Assembly (NCBI GenBank): GCA_025927515.1
Contig: JAICLG010000001.1
Coordinates: 1 to 34,843 of the forward strand
Direction of reading: 5' to 3'
DNA length: 34,843 bases
Origin: Hyphomicrobium sp.
GTDB lineage: Bacteria > Pseudomonadota > Alphaproteobacteria > Rhizobiales > Hyphomicrobiaceae
In this document: positions 28,106 to 34,843 of the stretch, one piece after another
How positions within the stretch are numbered: position 1 is the first letter of the stretch
Layout: each line of letters begins with the position of its first letter
Made by a program: the position numbers and the translations under genes
Notes under the pieces: generated by a model
Databases searched by the model: none
Told to the model about the DNA's origin: nothing
The model's input: only the letters and a program-made list of their open reading frames with translations

Positions 28106-29164
28106 ATGGCGGGCACGAAGACCAACGCGGGCAATTTCTTCGAAGATTTTCGCTTCGGCCAGGTGATCCACCATGCCACGCCGCGCACTGTCACAGACGG
28201 CGACGTCGCGCTCTACACCGCGCTCTACGGATCGCGCTTCGCTGTGCAGTCCGCCGACACCTTTGCCAAGGCGATCGGCTATCCGCGCGCGCCTCTCGAC
28301 GATCTTTTGACGTTTCACGTCGTTTTCGGAAAGACGACCCCGGACATCTCGCTCAATGCCATCGCCAATCTCGGCTATGCCGACTGCCGCTTTCTGAAAC
28401 CGGTCTATCCTGGCGACACGCTCACCTCGACGTCGGAAGTGATCGGCATAAAGGAGAATTCGAACGGCGAGACCGGCACCGTCTATGTGCGATCTACCGG
28501 CCGCAACCAGGACGGCCAGGTCGTGCTCGAATATTGCCGTTGGGTGATGGTTAGAAAACGCTCGAAGGGCTCGCCGGCGCCGGAAGCGGTCGTGCCGAAG
28601 CTTCCTGAGCGCGTCGATCCGGCAGATTTCGCGGACTGCATTCCGGCTCTCGATGTCGCCAAGTACGACCTCGAACTCGCCGGCTCGCCGCATCGCTGGG
28701 GCGATTATGAAAGTGGCGAGAAGATCGATCATATCGACGGCATGACGCTCGAAGAAGCCGAGCACCAGACCGCGACGCGCCTCTACCAGAATACCGCCAA
28801 GGTTCATTTCAACCAGCACACCGAATCCAAAGGCCGCTTCGGCAAGCGCATCGTCTACGGCGGTGTCGTCATCTCGCTCGTCCGCGCGTTGTCCTACAAC
28901 GGCCTCGCCAATGCCTTCCATCTCGCCGCGGTCAACGGCGGCCGTCACGTTGCGCCGACGTTCGCGGGCGATACGATCTATGCGTGGTCTGAAATCATCG
29001 AAAAAGCTGAGATCCCGGGACGGCGCGACATTGGTGCGCTGCGCGTACGCATGGTCGGCGTCAAGAACCAGGATTGCGCGAACTTTCCGCTCAAGACTGA
29101 GACCGGCGAGTACGCCGAGGGCGTCGTCCTCGACCTCGACGTGTGGCTGGTTCTGCCGCGTTGA
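28106..29164 (+). CDS. mch: Mesaconyl-CoA hydratase (double MaoC/hot-dog fold, ethylmalonyl-CoA pathway)
   Basis: KTNAGNFFEDF, FGKTTPDISLNAIANLGYA, KENSNG, RWVMVRKR and YQNTAKVHF. Confidence 0.88.
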   Translation: MAGTKTNAGNFFEDFRFGQVIHHATPRTVTDGDVALYTALYGSRFAVQSADTFAKAIGYPRAPLDDLLTFHVVFGKTTPDISLNAIANLGYADCRFLKPVYPGDTLTSTSEVIGIKENSNGETGTVYVRSTGRNQDGQVVLEYCRWVMVRKRSKGSPAPEAVVPKLPERVDPADFADCIPALDVAKYDLELAGSPHRWGDYESGEKIDHIDGMTLEEAEHQTATRLYQNTAKVHFNQHTESKGRFGKRIVYGGVVISLVRALSYNGLANAFHLAAVNGGRHVAPTFAGDTIYAWSEIIEKAEIPGRRDIGALRVRMVGVKNQDCANFPLKTETGEYAEGVVLDLDVWLVLPR

Positions 29165-29247
29165 TCTTCGGCAGCCCGATCTCCGTCGCCAGCCTGTCGT
29201 TCGACGGAGCGCAAACGCCAAGGCGCGCGCGTGCTAGGAATGTCCGC

Positions 29248-29778
29248 ATGACATACAGAATCGCTCTGATGATCGCCGCCGTTGTTCTTCTCGGCACATG
29301 GACCTCGGACAACGCACGCGCGACGGGTGAGACGGCAGCCGCAGCGCTTAAGTTCGTGGATGGCAGCGACGCCGGCAGCATCAAACTGACCCAAACCCCC
29401 GCGGGTGCGCTGCTGAAGATCGACCTCAAGGGTCTGAAGCCGGGTCCTCACGGGCTGCAGGTGCACAAGGTCGGCAAATGCGATGGTAACTTCGCGTCGG
29501 CGGGCCCTATCTACAACCCACTCGCCGCCAAGCATGGCTTTCTCAATGACGAAGGCCCGATGGCAGGCGATCTACCAAACGTCTACGCTGCCGCAGACGG
29601 AACCGTGGTCGCCGAGATGCTCAGTCCCTCTCTGCACGTGGATGAAAGCGGCGGCGATTCGCTCTTCGATGCCGACGGTGCCTCGCTGGTGCTGTTCGAG
29701 AAGGCGGATGATTACAAATCCGGTCCGGAAGGCGCAGCCGGAGCTCGCATCGCCTGCGGCGTCCTGAAAAATCGATAA
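29248..29778 (+). CDS. Periplasmic Cu/Zn superoxide dismutase-fold protein lacking most metal ligands
   Basis: Signal peptide, PGPHGLQVH, GKC, FASAG..YNP, AGDLPN, ADDY and GARIACG. Confidence 0.8.
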   Translation: MTYRIALMIAAVVLLGTWTSDNARATGETAAAALKFVDGSDAGSIKLTQTPAGALLKIDLKGLKPGPHGLQVHKVGKCDGNFASAGPIYNPLAAKHGFLNDEGPMAGDLPNVYAAADGTVVAEMLSPSLHVDESGGDSLFDADGASLVLFEKADDYKSGPEGAAGARIACGVLKNR

Positions 29779-29959
29779 ATGCACCGTTTGCGTAACGTCC
29801 GCCGGCTTGTGTCGATCGTCTCTCGCGGGTCGCCGCTCTCCGGCCAAGCTCGTTACGACGAAATACGGCGCGGACATACCGGGCAAATGTGGCATTTGGC
29901 GAATTGCCGCGTGGCGTGCGAGACGCTACAACGCTGCTTCCAGCTGCAGAAGGTACCCG

Positions 29960-30373
29960 ATGCAAGCGACTTCCGAGCGTAGCGTGCGACCGGAGCGGCC
30001 GCTCTCTCCGCACCTCCAGATCTATACGCCGCTCATCAACATGATGATGTCGATCGTGCATCGCATCACCGGCGCGACGCTTTACGTCGGCTCTTTGTTG
30101 CTGGCCTGGTGGTTGGTCGCGGCAGCGACGGGACCGGACTACTATAACTATGTGGCAGGCGTGTTCGCCTCCTGGCCGGGGAAAATAGTTCTGCTCGGTT
30201 ACACCTGGGTACTCATGCACCACATGTTGGGCGGGCTCCGCCATCTGCTCTGGGATACGGGTGCAGGATACGATCTGAAAACGATAGACCTTCTCTGCTG
30301 GGGCTCGCTCGCCGGATCGCTGCTGCTGACGGCGCTCATTTGGATTGGCGTCGCTGCCTCGGGGGGTCTCTGA
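29960..30373 (+). CDS. sdhC: Succinate dehydrogenase cytochrome b556 subunit
   Basis: RPLSPHLQIY, SIVHRITG and HMLGGLRHLLWD. Confidence 0.95.
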   Translation: MQATSERSVRPERPLSPHLQIYTPLINMMMSIVHRITGATLYVGSLLLAWWLVAAATGPDYYNYVAGVFASWPGKIVLLGYTWVLMHHMLGGLRHLLWDTGAGYDLKTIDLLCWGSLAGSLLLTALIWIGVAASGGL

Positions 30374-30374
30374 C

Positions 30375-30755
30375 ATGGCCATGCGAACGCCACTCAAGAC
30401 CGTGCGCTATCTCGGATCAGCCAAGGAAGGCAGCGACCATTTCTGGAAGCAGCGCATCACCGCCGTCTCCAACTTTTTTCTCGTGATCTTTCTGGTTTGG
30501 CTTGTCGCTTCACTCGTGGGCGCCGATTACGCGACGGTGAAGCAGAAGCTTGCCAATCCGCTTATCGCGCTCGGTTTGCTCGGCTTGGTTCTCTCGGGCA
30601 CCATCCATATGCGCCTCGGTATGCAGACGATCATCGAAGACTACGTGCACGAGGAAGGGCTCAAAATAGCGGCACTCATGCTCAACACGTTTTTCGCGAT
30701 CTTCATCGCCCTTGTCAGCATTTTCTCCGTGCTGAAGCTAAGCTTCGGAGTGTAG
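30375..30755 (+). CDS. sdhD: Succinate dehydrogenase membrane anchor subunit
   Basis: [15 protein letters not shown] and [15 protein letters not shown]. Confidence 0.95.
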   Translation: MAMRTPLKTVRYLGSAKEGSDHFWKQRITAVSNFFLVIFLVWLVASLVGADYATVKQKLANPLIALGLLGLVLSGTIHMRLGMQTIIEDYVHEEGLKIAALMLNTFFAIFIALVSIFSVLKLSFGV

Positions 30756-30759
30756 CGCG

Positions 30760-32607
30760 ATGTCGAAAGCAAATGGCAAGTCCAACGGTATGACGGACGC
30801 ACCCGCAGTTGGCGGCCTGGCCTATCCGATTATCGATCACCAATATGACGTGGTGGTCGTCGGCGCAGGCGGCGCTGGCCTTCGCGCCACGCTCGGATGC
30901 GCTGAAGCGGGTCTCAAGACGGCGTGTGTCACGAAAGTATTTCCGACGCGTTCGCACACTGTTGCCGCGCAGGGCGGCGTCGCGGCGGCCCTCGGCAACA
31001 TGGGACCCGACGACTGGCGCTGGCACATGTACGACACCGTCAAAGGTTCCGACTGGCTCGGAGACCAGGACGCGATCGAATATCTCTGCCGGAACGCGCC
31101 CGCCGCCGTTTACGAACTCGAGCACTACGGCGTGCCGTTCTCGCGTACCGAAAGCGGCAAGATCTACCAGCGCCCGTTCGGCGGCATGACCACGGATTTC
31201 GGCGAAGGCCCTCCCGCCCAGCGGACGTGCGCGGCTGCCGATCGCACCGGTCATGCCATGCTGCACACGCTCTATGGCCAGTCGCTGCGCCACGCCGCGG
31301 AATTCTTCGTCGAATATTTTGCGCTCGACCTCATCATGGATCACGAGGGCGCTTGCCGCGGCGTGATGGCGCTCAATCTTGAAGACGGTTCGATCCACCG
31401 CTTTCGCGCCAAAAAGACGATCCTTGCGACCGGCGGCTACGGCCGCACCTATTTCTCGTGCACATCGGCGCACACCTGCACGGGCGACGGCAATGCGATG
31501 GTGCTGCGCGCGGGATTACCGCTGCAGGACATGGAATTCGTCCAGTTCCACCCGACGGGCGTCTATGGCGCGGGCGTCCTGATCACCGAAGGCGCGCGCG
31601 GCGAAGGCGGGTATCTGACCAACGCCAAGGGCGAGCGTTTCATGGAGCGGTATGCTCCGCACGCCAAGGATTTGGCCTCGCGCGACGTTGTCTCGCGTTC
31701 GATGACGATCGAAATTCGCGAAGGCCGTGGCGTCGGCCCCGAAGCGGACCACATCTATCTGCACCTCGACCATCTCGATCCGAAGATCCTGGCCGAACGT
31801 CTGCCGGGCATCACCGAGAGCGCCAAGGTTTTTGCGGGCGTCGATCTGCGCCGCCAGCCGATCCCGGTGTTGCCGACCGTCCATTACAACATGGGCGGCA
31901 TCCCGACGAACTATCACGGCGAAGTTCTGACCAAGAAGGATGGCAACCCCGATCACGTCGTCCCGGGCTTGATGGCCATTGGCGAGGCGGCCTGCGTTTC
32001 GGTGCACGGCGCCAACCGTCTGGGCTCCAATTCGCTCATCGATCTCGTCGTCTTCGGCCGTGCCGCAGGGCTGCGTTGTGCCGAGACGATCGAGAACGAA
32101 CTGATGCAGCCGGATCTGCCGAAGGACGCGCACGATCGCGCACTCGCGCGCCTCGACAAGTTCCGTTACGCCAAGGGCGGTACGCCCACGGCAGCTTTGC
32201 GGCTTCGCATGCAAAAGATCATGCAGGCGAATTGCGCCGTGTTCCGCGATGGCCCGGTGCTCAAAGAGGGCGTCGAAAAAATCGCCGCGGTCTGGCGCGA
32301 CGCTGACGATATTTCGGTGACCGATCGTTCGCTGATCTGGAATTCGGATCTCGTCGAGACGCTCGAATTCGATAATCTCATTTCGCAGGCCGCCGTGACC
32401 GTGACCGGCGCGGAGAACCGCAAGGAAAGCCGCGGCGCCCACGCCCGCGAGGATTTCCCGAAACGCGACGATGTCAATTGGATGAAGCACACGCTCGCCT
32501 GGGCCGACTACAGCACAAAAACGGTGAAACTCGACGATCGGCCCGTCCACACCCGGACCATGACCAACGAAGTCAAATACATCGAGCCAAAAGCGCGCGT
32601 TTATTGA
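30760..32607 (+). CDS. sdhA: Succinate dehydrogenase flavoprotein
   Basis: [16 protein letters not shown] (covalent FAD His), [17 protein letters not shown] and ESRGAH. Confidence 0.98.
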   Translation: MSKANGKSNGMTDAPAVGGLAYPIIDHQYDVVVVGAGGAGLRATLGCAEAGLKTACVTKVFPTRSHTVAAQGGVAAALGNMGPDDWRWHMYDTVKGSDWLGDQDAIEYLCRNAPAAVYELEHYGVPFSRTESGKIYQRPFGGMTTDFGEGPPAQRTCAAADRTGHAMLHTLYGQSLRHAAEFFVEYFALDLIMDHEGACRGVMALNLEDGSIHRFRAKKTILATGGYGRTYFSCTSAHTCTGDGNAMVLRAGLPLQDMEFVQFHPTGVYGAGVLITEGARGEGGYLTNAKGERFMERYAPHAKDLASRDVVSRSMTIEIREGRGVGPEADHIYLHLDHLDPKILAERLPGITESAKVFAGVDLRRQPIPVLPTVHYNMGGIPTNYHGEVLTKKDGNPDHVVPGLMAIGEAACVSVHGANRLGSNSLIDLVVFGRAAGLRCAETIENELMQPDLPKDAHDRALARLDKFRYAKGGTPTAALRLRMQKIMQANCAVFRDGPVLKEGVEKIAAVWRDADDISVTDRSLIWNSDLVETLEFDNLISQAAVTVTGAENRKESRGAHAREDFPKRDDVNWMKHTLAWADYSTKTVKLDDRPVHTRTMTNEVKYIEPKARVY

Positions 32608-32736
32608 CATCGGCCTTATGCGCACGACGCGTAGAAATAGCGCGCGCCCATGAAGACGCGCTATGCTGCTGCGGCCGGAGGGACCTCGCCGTTGAGCAAG
32701 CCGATTTCAGATGAGTCCGATGACGCGGACACGCGG

Positions 32737-33291
32737 ATGCCGCCCGATCCGTTCGCAGCCGTGCTACCGGCGCTTGCGGCCCTTGGTGCCATCACGTCCA
32801 TTGCCGCGATCAATTGGTCCGGAGAGGGCAAGGTCGCGACCCGGACGCGGACGAAACGAAAGACAGCGGCGGCGCTCCGCGATCTCGAAACCTGCTGTCT
32901 GGGGCTGGCCGAGATCTTCCGCCGCTTTCAACGCCATCCACGCGTCTTCGCGGGAGAAGGCGGCCAGGCAGCCGCGCCGTTGAAATTCGGCGTCCATGGC
33001 CAGCGCATCCGCGCCGACGCTCAGCGGCTTTACCTGCATCTGATGAACGACATCGCCTCGATGCTCGTGCTCGCGGCACAGAACGCCTTCGACGTGATGA
33101 CGGCTATCGAAGATGGCGACATCGATGCTCCGGAAGAGATCTTCTTCGGATTTGGCGAACAGCAGGATCGTCTCAATACCGTTCTGCAATCGCGTGTGAC
33201 ATTGCGTTCCGCGGTCGACACCGGCGCCGATATCGCCGAGCGTCTGATCGCCCTCGTCCGCGAGCTCAAAACCTATCAAAAGCCTGCCTGA
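32737..33291 (+). CDS. Hypothetical protein inside the sdh operon
   Basis: Co-oriented ORF filling the sdhA-sdhB gap, with host-like G/C-ending codons. Hydrophobic N-terminus followed by a basic patch. Start ATG 32737, or 32650. Confidence 0.75.
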   Translation: MPPDPFAAVLPALAALGAITSIAAINWSGEGKVATRTRTKRKTAAALRDLETCCLGLAEIFRRFQRHPRVFAGEGGQAAAPLKFGVHGQRIRADAQRLYLHLMNDIASMLVLAAQNAFDVMTAIEDGDIDAPEEIFFGFGEQQDRLNTVLQSRVTLRSAVDTGADIAERLIALVRELKTYQKPA

Positions 33292-33400
33292 AGGGCCAAA
33301 GAACCGCATCTGGCCATCCGCGCTGCCGTTGACAGTTGCGCGCGATCAAGCTTCTGTCTTGTCCGGTTTATTCTCGCACACGGGGATCCCCGGCACTCAC

Positions 33401-34180
33401 ATGGTCCAGCTCACACTTCCGAAGAATTCCAAGATCCAACGAGGCAAGACCTGGAACAGTCCAGGCAACGGGGGCGATTGGAAGGAATTTCGGATTTATC
33501 GCTGGAACCCCGATGGCAATGAAAATCCTCGCATCGATGTCTACCATATCGATCGAAAACAATGCGGACCGATGGTCCTAGACGCGCTGATCAAGATCAA
33601 GAACGAGATCGATCCGACCCTGACCTTCCGCCGTTCATGCCGCGAAGGCATTTGCGGCTCATGCGCGATGAACATCGACGGAACCAACACGCTCGCGTGC
33701 CTCAAGGGCATCGAGGACGTCGCAGGCGCTGTAAAAATCTATCCGCTGCCGCATATGCAGGTCGTCAAAGACCTCGTGCCGGATATGACAAATTTCTACG
33801 CTCAGCACAGGTCGATCGAGCCGTGGCTCAAGACCGATACGCCGACGCCGCCGAAGGAATGGAAGCAGTCGCGCGAAGATCGCAGCAAGCTCGATGGCCT
33901 CTATGAGTGCATCTTGTGTGCCTGCTGTTCGGCATCGTGCCCGAGCTATTGGTGGAATTCCGACCGTTATCTGGGGCCGGCCATCTTGCTCCAGGCCTAC
34001 CGTTGGGTCGTCGACAGCCGTGACGAAGCAACCGGCGAACGGCTGGACAATCTTGAAGATCCGTTTCGCCTCTATCGTTGCCACACGATCATGAATTGCG
34101 CCAAAGCCTGCCCGAAAGGCCTCTCACCGGCCAAGGCCATTGCGGAACTGAAGAAACTGATGGTCGAGCGACGCGTCTGA
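33401..34180 (+). CDS. sdhB: Succinate dehydrogenase iron-sulfur subunit
   Basis: [22 protein letters not shown] and [12 protein letters not shown]. Confidence 0.98.
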   Translation: MVQLTLPKNSKIQRGKTWNSPGNGGDWKEFRIYRWNPDGNENPRIDVYHIDRKQCGPMVLDALIKIKNEIDPTLTFRRSCREGICGSCAMNIDGTNTLACLKGIEDVAGAVKIYPLPHMQVVKDLVPDMTNFYAQHRSIEPWLKTDTPTPPKEWKQSREDRSKLDGLYECILCACCSASCPSYWWNSDRYLGPAILLQAYRWVVDSRDEATGERLDNLEDPFRLYRCHTIMNCAKACPKGLSPAKAIAELKKLMVERRV

Positions 34181-34230
34181 TGAACTGGAACTTTTTGCAT
34201 CGAGCACCGAGTGCCGCAAAGGAACCCGCC

Positions 34231-34623
34231 GTGCGGGACATTCTCGATCACATGGGTTTTCCCATCGCCGACTACGGGCGTTCCGTTACGTTTTACAAAA
34301 ACGCGCTCGCCCCGCTCGGCATCACCTTGTTGAAGGAATTCAAGCTTTCCGAGGATGGTGCTGACGGCTATGCGGGATTTGGCCGTGAGCGGCCGCAATT
34401 CTGGATCGGAACGGGTACGGCGCTGAAAGGACGGCTGCACGTCGCGTTCGCTGCCGCCAACAGGCAAGAGGTCGACGCCTTTTATAAGGCCGCTCTCGCG
34501 GCCGGCGGACGCGATAACGGCGCTCCCGGTCTGAGGCCGCATTATCACGAGAAATATTACGGCGGCTTTGTCTTTGATCCGGACGGCCACAATATCGAAG
34601 CCGTAACCTACGTGCCGGAATAG
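34231..34623 (+). CDS. VOC/glyoxalase family protein
   Basis: LDHMG, HVAFAA, GGRDNGAPGLRPHY and DPDGHNIEAV. GTG 34231 after AAGGA. Alternative ATG 34180 overlaps the sdhB stop. Confidence 0.9.
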   Translation: MRDILDHMGFPIADYGRSVTFYKNALAPLGITLLKEFKLSEDGADGYAGFGRERPQFWIGTGTALKGRLHVAFAAANRQEVDAFYKAALAAGGRDNGAPGLRPHYHEKYYGGFVFDPDGHNIEAVTYVPE

Positions 34624-34655
34624 CCGACCCAAACTAAGGGCGCTATTATACTCGA

Positions 34656-34700
34656 CAAAAAGAAATGGCCGGGGACGCGTATCGCTGTCGCCGGCCATTT
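34656..34700 (-). terminator. Intrinsic terminator for the minus-strand gene at the window end
   Basis: 10-bp stem AAATGGCCGG/CCGGCCATTT (34663-34672/34691-34700). The minus strand continues TTTCTTTTT. Confidence 0.7.
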
Positions 34701-34791
34701 GAAAAGATTGACGCTTGAGTGCGCCCTACCTTCGACTGGTACGTTCCCAAGTCCGGATGCCCAGTCCAGAACCCGGGAGTCCCAAATCAGG

Positions 34792-34842
34792 TTAGGCAGC
34801 TCTCCTCTTTGCCGCCTTCTTCGCCGGCTTGCGCACCGTCTT
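34792..34842 (-). CDS. 3' end of a Lys/Ala-rich (histone H1-like tail) protein, truncated by the window edge
   Basis: Minus-strand translation KTVRKPAKKAAKRRAA-stop(TAA), followed by a terminator. Confidence 0.6.
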   Translation of the reverse strand, partial: KTVRKPAKKAAKRRAA

Positions 34843-34843
34843 C

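Noticed and set aside
27902-29221. 439-aa minus-strand ORF (and similar long ORFs at 11330-12661, 31516-32625, 19114-20121, 3356-4336, 15282-16454)
   Set aside because: Antisense or off-frame shadows of well-supported genes, expected from high-GC codon bias. No recognisable motifs.
29890-29907. Sigma54-like TGGCA...TTGC upstream of sdhC
   Set aside because: GG-to-GC spacing is 13 nt, not the required 10.
1-34843. CRISPR arrays, tRNA/rRNA, transposases, integrases, prophage or defence genes
   Set aside because: None seen. There are no regularly spaced repeats and no obvious compositional island.

Overview
GC-rich alphaproteobacterial core-chromosome segment. It is Hyphomicrobiales-like, and Hyphomicrobium-type methylotroph is an inference from gene content. 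There is no phage, transposase, CRISPR array, rRNA or tRNA. Gene order: aroE(partial)-coaE-dnaQ; secB-fxsA / timA(Tim44)-mltA-smr; ialB-like, trmH-like, qor; thpR-tesA / ybbA-ybbP; yccA(BI-1); DUF2794; M3 peptidase; DUF1223; acnA / ccmABCDG; carbonic anhydrase-nhaA-arsC-pdxY; mcl2-like-mch; sodC-like; sdhC-D-A-[orphan ORF]-B; VOC protein; 3' end of a Lys/Ala-rich protein. The best leads are: (i) a ~190-nt structured, C-rich-loop candidate sRNA with its own terminator at 14408-14597; (ii) an 80-nt nhaA leader with two mutually exclusive folds, which is riboswitch-like; (iii) a Cu/Zn-SOD-fold periplasmic protein that has lost four of its six metal-binding His residues; (iv) an unrecognised, putatively membrane-anchored ORF inserted between sdhA and sdhB. 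All annotation is by motif reading only and no database searches were run.
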